Source of the DNA: an uncultured Verrucomicrobiae bacterium
GTDB lineage: Bacteria; Verrucomicrobiota; Verrucomicrobiia; Limisphaerales; JAFGQR01
Length of the DNA stretch: 64,000 nucleotides
Assembly (NCBI GenBank): GCA_963788655.1
Contig: CAWBHS010000002.1
Span: forward strand, 1 to 64,000
Reading direction: 5' to 3'
Shown: in pieces, positions 41,145-57,096 of the stretch
How positions within the stretch are numbered: position 1 is the first letter of the stretch
Layout of the letters: every line of letters starts with the position of its first letter
Program-made: the position numbers and the translations under genes
The notes under the pieces: generated by a model
Told to the model about the DNA's origin: nothing
Seen by the model: the letters and a program-made list of their open reading frames with translations, nothing else
Database searches by the model: none

Positions 41145-42701
41145 TCAACCGGCTGCCAGCTCGCATTCCACGGCGGTGACCGAAGCAGCAGGGAAGGTCC
41201 AAATGCCGTTCGGAGGCAATGATCGTTCTGTAAGCTGCACCACATCCGGGTTGGTTTCGATGATTTCAACTTCGGGATCGGCAGCCAGGGTGAAGCATTT
41301 GCCGCGGCGCAGCTTCTGCCAGCCGGCGCCCAATCGGGTCGTCACCGAACGGGTGCGGTGGGGATTGACGACGTGAAGAAAGAGGCGTTGGTCTGTGCGG
41401 CTGGCGGTCACGTCGAGGTCTGCCGGCGCATGGGTCACCGAGCAGGCTTGCTGGCCGGTGTGGTGACGGTACAGCGCCATCACCAAGCCCACCGGCATCA
41501 GGTACGCGTGCCCACCCGGCACGGGGATCATGAGGGCATTGACCTGCCAGCGCGTGCCGCAGAAGTCGGCGAGCGTGGCGATCTTGAGCACATCACCATG
41601 GCGCTCGTGGACGTTGAGGAGCCGGGCGTTGGCCACGCCGGCGGCCCAGGTGGAAAGCACTTCGCAGCGGTTGCGGCCGGGGAGCGCGAAATGGCATTCC
41701 GTGAGCGCCAGCGGGGTCTTGAATTTCCCCACTTGCGCGCGCATTTGCCGGATGCGGGCGTCGTGCGGTTTCCAGGCGGCCATCAGGCTGGCCCAGGTGC
41801 GGTCAGGATCCTGGCGGTAGGCATTGCCCCGGAGCGGCGAATCGGGCCGGCGGTCGGGATTGAACATGTGGTGAAACGCGATGAAGTCGAGCTGTTCGTC
41901 ATTGGCTTCGAGCATGTGCGGCGCCCAACCGCTGTCACCCCAGCCGATGAGTTGGATCGTGGGATCGGCCTTTCGCATGGCGGTGATAAATGCACTGGTC
42001 TTGCGAACGGCGGTTTCCCGATCAAACCCGTTACGATCGTAGGAAGTCTCGTTGCCGATTTGCCATAGCGGTACGCGTTGTGGATCGGGGTAACCGTGCC
42101 GCCGGCGTTCCTCGTTGGCGGCATCGTTGCAATAGCTTACCCAGGCCGCCGCTTCCTCCGGTCCCGCCGAGCGGATGTCGCCGTTCGGCAGCTTGGCCCA
42201 GTGCTTGCGGCCATCGGATTCGAAGTTCACGCAAATCAATGCCGCTGCGCCGGTCGCCTGACAAAACTTCACAAACTCGATGGTGCCCACCTGATTTGGT
42301 TCGATACCGCCCCAGAGCAGGTTAATCATAGGCCGTCGGGCGGAACGCGGACCAACGCCTTCCTGCCAGCGGTAATACGAGGAGAAGCAGCCGCCCCAAC
42401 GTATAAGGGTGGGGCTGAGACTGCGGGTGGTTTCGATCACGTCGGCGCGCCAGCGATTGTTGAGGAAATCCCACGCCGCCGCCACGGAACCGTCGGTGGT
42501 GCCCAGCGGTTCCATGAACTGCATGTAAAGATACGGCGAGAGCTCGAACCGCGGGGTGGAATCGATTTCGAGGCCCGCAGTGGCCTCACGTTCACGGGCG
42601 CTTTCCGCCGCCATGGTGCCCAATCCGACGACCGGCGCTGCCGCTCCTAAAACTTCGATGAATTGGCGACGGGTCAGATTGGTTGGCTTCGAGGTGTCCA
42701 T
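41145..42701 (-). CDS. Alpha-L-arabinofuranosidase-like (GH51) with Tat signal
   Basis: TRRQF; QFMEPLG, IRWGGCF, NQVGTIEF, WQIGNE. Confidence 0.8.
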   Translation of the reverse strand: MDTSKPTNLTRRQFIEVLGAAAPVVGLGTMAAESAREREATAGLEIDSTPRFELSPYLYMQFMEPLGTTDGSVAAAWDFLNNRWRADVIETTRSLSPTLIRWGGCFSSYYRWQEGVGPRSARRPMINLLWGGIEPNQVGTIEFVKFCQATGAAALICVNFESDGRKHWAKLPNGDIRSAGPEEAAAWVSYCNDAANEERRRHGYPDPQRVPLWQIGNETSYDRNGFDRETAVRKTSAFITAMRKADPTIQLIGWGDSGWAPHMLEANDEQLDFIAFHHMFNPDRRPDSPLRGNAYRQDPDRTWASLMAAWKPHDARIRQMRAQVGKFKTPLALTECHFALPGRNRCEVLSTWAAGVANARLLNVHERHGDVLKIATLADFCGTRWQVNALMIPVPGGHAYLMPVGLVMALYRHHTGQQACSVTHAPADLDVTASRTDQRLFLHVVNPHRTRSVTTRLGAGWQKLRRGKCFTLAADPEVEIIETNPDVVQLTERSLPPNGIWTFPAASVTAVECELAAG

Positions 42702-42723
42702 GCCAGCTAGGAGTGGTTGCCAA

Positions 42724-44817
42724 CTATTGTTTTTTGACCCAAACATAGTCCAGTCCCACCGAGCCTGCTTGCACACATTTCAGGCTGAGTTCGTGCGGTC
42801 CGGCCTCAAGCTCCACCGGTTGGAAATTCACGTTGAGCACGCGTGGCGCATGGGCCGAGTGCAGACGGATTTGTTCGGTGCCGCCGGCGACCGGGAGTGG
42901 TTTACCATCCAGCAGCGCTTGCACTGTGGCGCCATCCGGACGATGGACCGCAACCAAATGGATGGCCGCGCGACCGGCACGTTCGACCGGCAGTTTGATC
43001 TTGAGTTGGTCACCTTGGTTCGCCTGCCAACGAGCGATTTGGAGTTGCGTGGCCAGGGGACATGGCACGGTTTCGACGCGCCCGCCGGTGGCCTGCAAAT
43101 CCAGTTGGGCAGGCAGGAAGAACCGGGCCCCGCTCGCGCCACCCGCCGCCACGGGCACACGCTTGGGCAGCGGATCAACCGTCAAATCCGCCGGCATGAG
43201 ACCGCGGTGGTCATCGATGGCATTGGGACGCGCGTAATGATAAACGATCCGTGCGTAGCTCAGACCAGGCGTGCGATTGTGCGACCAGAGTTCGAGGAAG
43301 ACCGCCAGGGATTGCGCGAACGGAATCGCGTCCATTACCTGGAAGCGATGGTTCGAGACATAACCCGAAGTGTCCGGGCCGGAATCCAGCGGTTGCCCGC
43401 AGTACGGATGGGTAAACAAATCCGACCGGCTCCACGAGTAATTGAAGTAGTCCTCGGACCCAGTGCCGAACGTCGAGGGTTTGGATTCGCCGTCAACCAG
43501 GATCTTTTCATCACCTTCACCCCACCAATTGCCGCCGGCGGTCGGCACCCCGGATGGATTCATGATCATCGCGGCGCACCCGGCGAACACGCCTTTCCCG
43601 ATGGCGACCAGGTACGGCAGGTCAATGACGCCCGCGCCCGCCAGCAGGTCGTGGTCAACGCGCCACTTGGCCCGGAAATAGAGTGACCGGTCGTTCCACT
43701 GCCACGGAGAAAATCGCACCGAGCCGTCGAGGCGGACCGGGGCTGGCGTGAAGTTGGCGATTTCGATCCGCACCGATTTTTCGTAGGGCATGACAAACCG
43801 GCAGGTCATCAGGCCATCCGCCGCAACGGAGAAAGGAAGACTGGCAAACGAATTCACGCCGGGCCCTGAAGCGAAGAAGTCGCCCACGGGCACGTCAACT
43901 TGCGGACGTTGCGCGCCGTCGAAGGCAATGCGCAGCCGACAGCCGCGCAACGCCGCCTCCAGGGTGTCAGCGTGCAGACGAAGCTTCAGTTCCCGGATGG
44001 CCCCGGGCCCTTTCGTCTCAGGCGCCCAGGTCCAGTTGCGGCCCGGTTGAATGGTGCCTTCCAGCGCGACGGGTTCGTTGGCCGACTCGACGGTCGGTTG
44101 CGTAAGACCAGTAACGGCGGCGCGGAGTTGCGGCTCGAATTCCTGGAGGTCCTTCTTGGGATCAAAGGTCCGCACGGCGGTGCCCGCCGGATAACAACGA
44201 ACCTGGAGATGATAGAAATGCAGTTCGTTGAGTTTGCCTTCCCAAGTGACTTTCAGGCCGTGCGCAAACGGAATGGGCAGGTAGTCGGCGTCATTCTGGC
44301 TGAAGGCGTCTTTGGCCTCCAGGTCAATTCCAGCGGATTTGAGATATTGGCCCGACCGCCGGGCGAGGAAATCGTAGCCGGAACCTTCCCAAACGAGTGT
44401 CCCGGCGTCCGCCTTACCATCGTTGGCGCCGGGATCAAGATAAACTCGCAGCACACCGCCCATGCCGGCCGACCAGCCGCGAACGATGGCACCAGGACCG
44501 GTCACCTCGGCCAGCAGATACCGGCCCGCCTGATCCGCCGGCGGTTCCCGCAGGACTTTCAGAAATCCGGGAATTGGCTCGCGGCCAAAGCCGTCGGCAT
44601 TGGAGAACCAGCCGGGCGCTTCGCTGGTGGTCGAACGCCGGTCGTAACTGGAGAATTGGATGGTTCGATAGGCCGGTACCGGCCAGCGGGCCAAGCGTCC
44701 CAGGTCGGTCATTTCCGCGAGCAAGGAACCGGTGGTGATGGGGGGCGAACCCGGTTCTGCGGCCGGAATTGAAATGGCGAAAAGGCCCAGGAAGACAAAG
44801 GCAGCAAATTGTTTCAT
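42724..44817 (-). CDS. DUF2961 (GH172-like) secreted protein
   Basis: QFSSYDR, GPGAI, VPVGDFF, WWGEGDEK, GTGSEDYF. Confidence 0.8.
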   Translation of the reverse strand: MKQFAAFVFLGLFAISIPAAEPGSPPITTGSLLAEMTDLGRLARWPVPAYRTIQFSSYDRRSTTSEAPGWFSNADGFGREPIPGFLKVLREPPADQAGRYLLAEVTGPGAIVRGWSAGMGGVLRVYLDPGANDGKADAGTLVWEGSGYDFLARRSGQYLKSAGIDLEAKDAFSQNDADYLPIPFAHGLKVTWEGKLNELHFYHLQVRCYPAGTAVRTFDPKKDLQEFEPQLRAAVTGLTQPTVESANEPVALEGTIQPGRNWTWAPETKGPGAIRELKLRLHADTLEAALRGCRLRIAFDGAQRPQVDVPVGDFFASGPGVNSFASLPFSVAADGLMTCRFVMPYEKSVRIEIANFTPAPVRLDGSVRFSPWQWNDRSLYFRAKWRVDHDLLAGAGVIDLPYLVAIGKGVFAGCAAMIMNPSGVPTAGGNWWGEGDEKILVDGESKPSTFGTGSEDYFNYSWSRSDLFTHPYCGQPLDSGPDTSGYVSNHRFQVMDAIPFAQSLAVFLELWSHNRTPGLSYARIVYHYARPNAIDDHRGLMPADLTVDPLPKRVPVAAGGASGARFFLPAQLDLQATGGRVETVPCPLATQLQIARWQANQGDQLKIKLPVERAGRAAIHLVAVHRPDGATVQALLDGKPLPVAGGTEQIRLHSAHAPRVLNVNFQPVELEAGPHELSLKCVQAGSVGLDYVWVKKQ

Positions 44818-45008
44818 GGGCTCCGAAATAAAGGAAAATCCGGAGGGACACCAGACTAATTACTTTTGAATACCCTCCCTGGAATTCGGTCCAAACCTAA
44901 CGGGTTGCGGAAGTCCGCATTCGAGGTTCGAAAACCGGACAGTTCGTTTGGAAGTGTTGACCGGATGTCGCCAGGAACTGGGATGTGTTTGGCTTAAGGC
45001 TGCTGTCT

Positions 45009-45767
45009 ATGAATCCATCTAAACTACACGCAAGGGCATCGGAAGAGCCGCGTCGGAAGTCTGGGCGCGCGTTTACGCTCATCGAACTACTGGTGGTCAT
45101 TGCCATCATCGCCATTCTGGCGGCCATGCTGCTGCCCGCGCTGGCGTCGGCCAAGGAGTATGCCAAACGCATCAGTTGCATCAATGGCATCCGGCAACTC
45201 AACCTCGCGTTGAGAATGTACGCCGATGACCATGAAGGCCATTTTCCCACCCGGCCGATCCAAAGCGACCGAGGGGATCGCTGGCCCACTCTGCTCTTTG
45301 GTTATTACCAGAACCTCGAGTTGTTGAAGTGTCCCTCCGATGTCCCCAATCCGCCCACCAACGCCCGCGACGAAGCCGGCGCGGCGGCGCCGGATCGTGC
45401 CGATCGCAGTTACATCTTCAATGGTTGGAACGATTGGTTCGGCGGCATGTATCCCACGACCAACCAGCCTTACATGACGGAAAACGCCATCCGGGAACCG
45501 TCCGCCACGGTCACCTTCGGCGAAAAGGAATCCACGTCCGGACATTTCTGGATGGATTTTCTCGAAAGCGCTGACGGCAACGATTTCACCGAATTGGAGC
45601 AAAGCCGCCACAGTTCCGGCCGGCACAGCGGCAACCGGACGGGGGGCTCAGTGTTTGCCCTCGGCGACGGCAGCACGCAATATCTGAAGTATTGGGCTTC
45701 CCTCACACCGATCAACATGTGGGCCGTCACGGAACAGTGGCGAACCAACGCGGTCATGATACCTTGA
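45009..45767 (+). CDS. Prepilin-type N-terminal cleavage/methylation protein (DUF1559-like)
   Basis: [31 protein letters not shown]...[10 protein letters not shown]. Confidence 0.88.
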   Translation: MNPSKLHARASEEPRRKSGRAFTLIELLVVIAIIAILAAMLLPALASAKEYAKRISCINGIRQLNLALRMYADDHEGHFPTRPIQSDRGDRWPTLLFGYYQNLELLKCPSDVPNPPTNARDEAGAAAPDRADRSYIFNGWNDWFGGMYPTTNQPYMTENAIREPSATVTFGEKESTSGHFWMDFLESADGNDFTELEQSRHSSGRHSGNRTGGSVFALGDGSTQYLKYWASLTPINMWAVTEQWRTNAVMIP

Positions 45768-45774
45768 GCCCACC

Positions 45775-47179
45775 ATGATCCGTTATCAATGTTCCTTCGT
45801 GGCCGCCGGTACTGGCCTTCGCCGGATTCCCGCAACCGGGGATCGCCCAATCCTTCCAAGCCGCCCCACCAACGTTCGACGCGGCTGGGGCCGTTATCCA
45901 ATGGTCGCCCTTAGCTACCGCCCAAGGGTATCGCGTCGAGTACCGCGACGGCACCCTCGCGGGCCCCTGGTTACCGTGTCCCCCGCAGGATCAGTGGCCC
46001 ATCGACACCACGTCCTGGACCGATCCCCGGCCGTTGGACACGGACGCGCGTTACTATCGGGTGATGGCATTGCAGGCGGTTCGCGGAACAGTGGTTGATG
46101 CGGTGTCCGCCGGCATCACACCGGCCTCGTTCGTGAGCAGTATCGTCGATTTGCTGGATCTTCCCATCACTCCTGTGCATGACGTGGATGTTTACCAGGT
46201 TTCCTACCAGACGATTACTCCCGACGGCGCACCGACGATGGCCACCGGCGCCTTGATGTTGCCCAATGGGGTGACCCAGGCTGTGCCGTTGCTAAGTCAC
46301 CAGCATGGCACGGTGATCCTCACCAACGAAGTCGCCTCGCAAGGCCAGGGTGAATACCTTCTGGGATTGGTTTGGGCGTCCATCGGCTATGCGGCGGCCA
46401 TGCCGGATTATCTGGGCATGGGGGGCGGCTCTGGTTTGCATCCCTACGTTCACGCGCGCTCCGAAGCGACCGCGGTGGTGGATCTGCTGCGCGCCAGCCG
46501 CACGATTTGCGCGCAAGCCAACGTGATGCTCAACGGGCAGGTATTCCTGATCGGTTATTCCCAAGGCGGTCAAGCCACCATGGCGGCGCACAAAGAAATC
46601 GAAAGCTGCTGCACTGGCGAATTCACCATTACTGCCTCCGCCCCGATGGCCGGACCGCACGATATGTCGGGCACGATGGCGGACATGCTGGCGTCTGATC
46701 AGCCTTACGGCAGCCCCTTTTACCTGCCCTACACGCTCTTTGCATATAACAGCGTTTATCGCCTGTACGATTCGCTGACCAATGTTCTGCGTGTGCCGTA
46801 TGCCACCACGCTGCCGCCGTTGTTCGACGGTCAACATTCGGAGAGCCAGATCAACGCCGTCATGCCCTCCGTGCCCAGCCAGATTCTGCGGCCGGAATAT
46901 CTCGAAGGCTTCCGCAACGACCCGAACCACCCGTTCCGCGTGGTGTTGCGCCGCAACGATCTTTACAACTGGACGCCGCACGCGCCCATGCACCTGTATC
47001 ATTGCCACGGCGATACCACCGTGCCCTTCGTCAATTCGCAGATTGCCTACGATCATTTCCAGACGAACGGCGCCCCGCAGGTAATGTTGATCGATCCATA
47101 CATGCAAGGCACCCACAGCACCTGTGTCACCAACGCGTTCGTAGCCGCCAAGGAGTGGTTTGACACGTTGAAGAATTAG
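45775..47179 (+). CDS. Secreted lipase-like alpha/beta hydrolase (N-terminal frameshift(s))
   Basis: HQHGT, PDYLG, GYSQGG nucleophile elbow, GDTTVP, H near the C-terminus. Confidence 0.75.
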
Positions 47180-47219
47180 CCCGCACGTTTCACCCGTCGC
47201 ATGAACCGCCGACACACCT

Positions 47220-47288
47220 TAGCCGCCGACGTGGGGAGGCGGACCTGAAGCTTCAGACCGTGTTCCGCCTCCTCACGTCGGCGGCTAC
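47220..47288. repeat. REPIN (same GTAG family as the ubiD-associated REPs)
   Basis: TAGCCGCCGACGTGGGGAGGCGGA...TCCGCCTCCTCACGTCGGCGGCTA. Confidence 0.8.
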
Positions 47289-47412
47289 TAAAGAGGGTGC
47301 GAAATATTCAGGTTAACGGTTGCCGTCGCCCGATGTAGCCATTAAAAGAAGGTCCGAGCCCGTACCAACTTCGGTGCGAGGGCGATCAATTAAAACACGC
47401 AACCATTGATTC

Positions 47413-48277
47413 ATGACGCAACATCGCATTGGCATGATTGGCGGCAGCGGACTGTATCATCTCGAAGGCTTCACCCACCAAAAATGGGTGAAGATCAAAA
47501 CACCGTTCGGCCCGACCTCGGATGACTTGCTGACCGGCAGATTGCCGGGCGCGACGTCGTCTTTCTCCCGCGACACGGGCGCGGCCATCGCATTTGCCCA
47601 GCGAACTGAACCATCGCGCCAACATATGGGCGCATGAAAAAACTCGGCGTGGCCTGGATCATCAGCGCCAGCGCCGTCGGCTCCCTGCAGACGAAATACA
47701 AGCCGTGCGACATCGTGCTGATCGACCAGTTCCTCGACCGCACCAAGCAAGCGGCGGACCACACGTTCTTCGGCCGCGGCATCGTCGCCCACGTTGCGTT
47801 TGCGCATCCCGTCTGCGAGGAACTGCGGCAGATCCTGCTCCGCAGCGCCCGCGGCCTGCAAAGCCCGCGCTCACAACGGCGGCACCTACGTCAACATGGA
47901 AGGCCCCGCTTTCAGCACTCGCGCCGAATCACTGACCAACCATCGCGCTCGGGTACGATGTCATCGGCATGACCAACCTCGGCGAAGCCAAATGCGCCCG
48001 CGAAGCGGAAATCGCCTACGCCACCATGGCCATGGTCACCGATTACGATTGCTGGAAAGTGGACGAAGCCCACGTGACCGTTGAGATGGTGCTGGAATAC
48101 CTGCACCGCAACGCCGCCATGGCCCAAAAAATCATTCTTGAAGCGATCCCCCAAATACCTGCCGAGCCGGATTGGCCAGCGCATCGCGCCCTCCAAAACG
48201 CCATTTTGACCGACAAAAAACTCTGGCCGGCAACGACCCGCAAGGAACTACGCCCCATTTTGGGAAAGTACTGGTGA
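47413..48277 (+). CDS. mtnP: S-methyl-5'-thioadenosine phosphorylase (several frameshifts)
   Basis: [49 protein letters not shown]...ARE, VTDYDCW. Confidence 0.88.
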
Positions 48278-48394
48278 GAGCTGTTTGAGACAGGTCGCCG
48301 CCGACGTGAGAAGGCAACTTCATTAGCGCAACGGTCCACCTCCACATGTCGGGGTGGCTACTGCCTGTCGGCGTTCTAATCGAGGTGTAAAATA

Positions 48395-52880
<4,486 letters not shown>

Positions 52881-52965
52881 ACCCAACCGTTGGTCACCAA
52901 TCTTGAAACCGCGCAACAGGAGAACTCTTTACTGTTGAGTCTTCGCCGCGCTGGCGGAGCCACGT

Positions 52966-53541
52966 TCAAACGCGCTTGGCCAATTCAGCCTGGCTGGCGG
53001 CGAAGACTTCCTGGTGCAACGAACGACCGTGCGAATCCATGGTGACCACCGCCGGGAAATTCTCGACGGCGAATTCCCAGATAGCCTCCGGCGCGCCGAA
53101 CTGGTCCATCAGATAAACGCCACGCACCTTCTTCACGCATTCGGCCAGCACCTGCGCGGCGCCGCCAATGGCGTGCAAATAGACACAACCAAATTCCTGA
53201 CACGCCGCCAGCGTGCGATCGCCCATGCCGCCTTTGCCGATGACGCCCCGCAGACCAAACTGCTTGATCAATTGGCCCTGGTACGGTTCTTCGCGGATTG
53301 AGGTCGTGGGGCCAGCCGCCACTACCTTCCATTCGCCCCGTTCGTCTTTGATGACCACCGGGCCGCAATGGTACAGGACGCCGTCGCGGAGGTTGACTTC
53401 CGGGGGCAACTCGCCGCCTTCGTGCAGGTATTTGTGAACCGCGTCACGGCCCGTGAAGAGCGTGCCGGAGATGATAATTTCATCGCCAACTTTGAGTTCG
53501 CGGATGGCGGCTTCAGGAATGGGCGTGGTCAGGGAGGTCAT
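52966..53541 (-). CDS. Fe-S fumarate/tartrate hydratase beta subunit
   Basis: TGRDAVHK, YHCGPV, AGPTTSIRE, IGKGG, MDSHG. Confidence 0.9.
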   Translation of the reverse strand: MTSLTTPIPEAAIRELKVGDEIIISGTLFTGRDAVHKYLHEGGELPPEVNLRDGVLYHCGPVVIKDERGEWKVVAAGPTTSIREEPYQGQLIKQFGLRGVIGKGGMGDRTLAACQEFGCVYLHAIGGAAQVLAECVKKVRGVYLMDQFGAPEAIWEFAVENFPAVVTMDSHGRSLHQEVFAASQAELAKRV

Positions 53542-53639
53542 GGGGAAAACGTTGTTCAGTGGTTGAGCGTCAAATCGAAATGCCTTCGCGGATTGTAAAT
53601 TCCATTATCCCTGCATCGGCGGGTTTCCATCGGGAGTCG

Positions 53640-54519
53640 TCAATACAGCCATTTTTGGATGTTGCCGCCGTCATTGAGCATCACTCCCTGGCGCCGGTAA
53701 GCCCAGCACATGTAACTGACGCTGACGAAATACGAGGCCGGCAAGCGGTTGGCCGCGCCGATCTTCACCCCCAGCAAGGTCGTCTTGCCGCCGAAGCCCA
53801 TCGGGCCGATGCCCAACTCGTTGGCGGTGGTCAGGATGTCCTGCTCCAATTGATCGAGCTCGGGCACCGGATTGCGGTCGCCGAGTTTGCGGAGCAATTG
53901 CGTTTTGGAGAACTCGTAGCTGGTGGCCCGATCGCCACCGATGCACACCCCCAGGATGCCCGGACCGCAGCCTTTGCCCTGCGCCTGGAGCACGGCATCC
54001 AAAATTGCCTTGCGGCAACCGTCGAGATCGCGATTGGCTTGGAGCTTTTCGTTGGGCAAGCGAGTACTGGGCGCCGACGTTTTCGCAGCCACCGCCTTTG
54101 AGGATCAGGCGCACGCGCACGTCGGGCGAACGCTGCTGGTGGAAATGGAAGCTCGGCGCTCCCGGCCCCACGTTGGTGCCGTCATTTTTGCCGGTCAGGG
54201 AGTCCACCGAGTTTTGCCGCAAGTAACCTTTCTTCGTTGCCAGCGTCACGGCTTCCCGTGCCACGTCCGCGAATGCGATCTGGTCAAAGCCCACCGGGCA
54301 ATCCACGTAAAACAGGATGCTCCCGGTGTCCTGACAGATGGGTTGGGATTTCTGCCGGGCCAACTCGATATTCCGGTCAATGATCTTGAAGGCCGACTCG
54401 GCGATGGTGCCTTTCTTTTCTTTTTCCAAAGCAGCCAAAATGGCCGCCTGCACGTCGTCGGGAATTTCAACCGACGTGCGGCGAATCAATTCGAGCAAGG
54501 AATCGTGCAATGAGTTCAT
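53640..54519 (-). CDS. Fe-S fumarate/tartrate hydratase alpha subunit (frameshift ~54055)
   Basis: PICQDTG, KGGGCEN, GIGPMGFGG, CWAYRR. Confidence 0.9.
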
Positions 54520-54530
54520 GCGATGACGGA

Positions 54531-54559
54531 ATCGTAGGGGTTGACGGCGGAGGTGTCAA
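54531..54559 (-). promoter_or_regulatory. Sigma70-type promoter for the fumarase genes
   Basis: TTGACA-N17-TACGAT on the minus strand, ending 11 nt before the ATG at 54519. Confidence 0.7.
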
Positions 54560-54583
54560 ATGAAGCGTGGGAGTGAACGTCCA

Positions 54584-55375
54584 TCATCGTTTAATCACCA
54601 CCGTGCCGCAGATCATGTCCGTCAACGAACGCTTCCGCTGGTCGAAAAACACCGTCAAATGACCCAGCCCAGCGGTAAACGTATTGACCAACGCGATTAC
54701 CAGAATCCGCGCCAACGCCCGCCACGTACCGACCATGGCGCCCGACGGAGTGACGATCTGGAGCCGGAGGAGTTTCATCACCGGCGTAGCCCCCTCCCGG
54801 CCAATGCGGCCGACGAAATAGTTCAAGACCCACAACAACGCACAGACCGCGCCGATCAGCATGATGCCCAATTGAGTTTGTCGCTCGGGGAAATAATTCG
54901 TGGCCAACCAATACATACCAAACAGAAAGGCGCCGGCCACCGCGTTGCAAACAATTCCATCGAGCACAAACGCCACCAGACGCAGGATGGGACTGGCATA
55001 GACCATTGGCGGTCCTTCTCCGCGAAGCTGCCGCTCGTAGCCCACCTGGCATTTCGGGCACAAGGTCATGGTGCCGATGGTGACCGTTTGACTGGCGGGC
55101 ACCTCGGCGCCGCAACGCAAGCAAGTGACCAGGGGTTTGGAAACCGCAGCCGGGGTGGTGGTGATCTCGATCTTCACTTCGGGCGCTGGGGGCGAAGTCG
55201 GCGGGACTGCTCCCGCTTGGCTGGCGGACACCTCCCGGTACCTTTTCCAATCCGTCATGCCGTCGGCCCAAACGTAAGTATCCGGTCCGATCGTCCCGCG
55301 CTGGGCGAGTTCGGTCAATTCGGGTTCGGTGACCGGGCCGCGTTGTTCGCTGTTTTCAAGGTAATACCAGTTCAT
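54584..55375 (-). CDS. GYF_2 (DUF4339) + RDD family membrane protein
   Basis: WYY...QRGPV...[37 protein letters not shown]. Confidence 0.85.
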   Translation of the reverse strand: MNWYYLENSEQRGPVTEPELTELAQRGTIGPDTYVWADGMTDWKRYREVSASQAGAVPPTSPPAPEVKIEITTTPAAVSKPLVTCLRCGAEVPASQTVTIGTMTLCPKCQVGYERQLRGEGPPMVYASPILRLVAFVLDGIVCNAVAGAFLFGMYWLATNYFPERQTQLGIMLIGAVCALLWVLNYFVGRIGREGATPVMKLLRLQIVTPSGAMVGTWRALARILVIALVNTFTAGLGHLTVFFDQRKRSLTDMICGTVVIKR

Positions 55376-55602
55376 GGCAAGGGAATCAGTCGGCCCCGAT
55401 TCGTGACTCTGCGATCAGTAGTTTCATTCTTTTGATCAAGAGCAAGCTTGTTTCCCAGTTTGCGGGAATGCAAAGCAAAAGCGTGAAGCGAGACGACCGC
55501 GAAAGCGGCAGCAAACTCCGTGCGTCTCCATACGCTTCGCGGCTTCGCGGCTTAGCAGCGTTTCTTGACATCGAGAGGCGGTTCACAGACAGTTTCCGGC
55601 TT

Positions 55603-57051
55603 ATGGCTGACACCAAAAGCAATGATTTGATGGAGAAAATTGTCTCCTTGTGCAAGCGCCGTGGCTTCATTTTCCAGTCGTCCGAAATCTACGGTGGCAT
55701 CAACGGCTTCTGGGACTACGGTCCGCTCGGCGCCGAGCTCAAGCGGAACATCAAGGATTGCTGGTGGCGCAGCATGACCCAGCAGCGTGACGACATAGCC
55801 GGCCTGGACGCCACCATCATCATGCACCCCAACATTTGGAAGGCTTCCGGACACGTCGATACGTTCACCGATCCGATGGTCGATTGCAAAACCTGCAAAG
55901 GCCGGTTCCGGGCCGATCAGTTGGCCGAAACACCCTGTCCGGAGAAGCCCAGCCGAATGGTGTCCCAATGCCATGGGGAGAAAACGGAGGCGCGCAAATT
56001 CAACCTGATGTTCAAGACCTATGTCGGTCCGGTTGAAAGCGAAGACAACGTGGCGTATCTGCGTCCCGAAACGGCCCAGGCCATTTTCGCGCAATTCAAG
56101 ACGGTGCTGGAAGTTTCCCGCCAGAAGGTCCCGTTCGGTATTTGCCAAGTCGGCAAAGCCTTTCGCAACGAAATCAATCCCCGCAACTTCACCTTCCGTT
56201 CCCGCGAGTTCGAGCAAATGGAAGTCGAGTTTTTCATTCGGCCGGACGAGGTGGTGCAGCAAGTGTCCGGCTCCGTAGCCGCGCTGGCCGATCAACCGGA
56301 CCTGACGGCGCCGCAAGCGAACTGGGGCTGGGAAGTCTGGCACAAGTATTGGGTCGAGGAACGGATTCGCTGGTATGAAAGCATCGGCCTGCCGCGCGCC
56401 GCGTTGATCGAATACTGGCAGCAGAAAGACGAACTGGCCCATTACGCCAAAGCCACGGTGGATATTCTCTACAAGTTCCCCTTCGGCGACCAGGAACTCG
56501 AGGGCATTGCCGCCCGCGGCGATTTCGATTTGACCCAGCACCAGAAGTTCAGCGGCAAGTCCCAGGAATATTTCGACGATGAAGCCAAAGTTAAGTATCT
56601 CCCGCACGTCATCGAGCCCAGCGCGGGCGTGGACCGCCTGGCCCTGGCGCTGATCTGCCAGGCCTATTGCGAAGACGAGGCGCCCAACGAAAAAGGCCAG
56701 ATGGAGAAGCGCGTGGTGATGAAGTTCCATCCGCGCATAGCGCCCATCAAGGTGGCGGTACTGCCCCTGCTCAAGAATCGTCCCGAACTCGTCGCCAAGG
56801 CCCACGAAGTTCGCAACCTGCTGCGCCCGCACATGTCGGTATTCTACGATGATGCCGGCGCGATTGGCCGCCGTTACCGCCGTCAGGACGAGGCGGGGAC
56901 GCCCTTTGGCGTGACGGTGGACTTCGACACGCTCGGCGAAAAAGGACCGGAACTGAAGGACACCGTAACGCTACGCGACCGCGACACCATGAAACAGGAA
57001 CGGATGAAGATCGACGAACTGGTGCCGTTCCTGGTGGCGCGGATTCGGTAG
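55603..57051 (+). CDS. glyQS: Glycine--tRNA ligase (alpha2 type)
   Basis: [61 protein letters not shown]. Confidence 0.95.
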   Translation: MADTKSNDLMEKIVSLCKRRGFIFQSSEIYGGINGFWDYGPLGAELKRNIKDCWWRSMTQQRDDIAGLDATIIMHPNIWKASGHVDTFTDPMVDCKTCKGRFRADQLAETPCPEKPSRMVSQCHGEKTEARKFNLMFKTYVGPVESEDNVAYLRPETAQAIFAQFKTVLEVSRQKVPFGICQVGKAFRNEINPRNFTFRSREFEQMEVEFFIRPDEVVQQVSGSVAALADQPDLTAPQANWGWEVWHKYWVEERIRWYESIGLPRAALIEYWQQKDELAHYAKATVDILYKFPFGDQELEGIAARGDFDLTQHQKFSGKSQEYFDDEAKVKYLPHVIEPSAGVDRLALALICQAYCEDEAPNEKGQMEKRVVMKFHPRIAPIKVAVLPLLKNRPELVAKAHEVRNLLRPHMSVFYDDAGAIGRRYRRQDEAGTPFGVTVDFDTLGEKGPELKDTVTLRDRDTMKQERMKIDELVPFLVARIR

Positions 57052-57096
57052 CATCGCCGGCCCCGCAAGCAGGTGGCAGCCGACGCAGAGAATGAA

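Noticed and set aside
47335..47412. Possible SAM/SAH riboswitch before mtnP
   Set aside because: Only one imperfect hairpin (GCCCGTACC...GGTGCGAGGGC) and no consensus motif I can match; an Rfam search would settle it.
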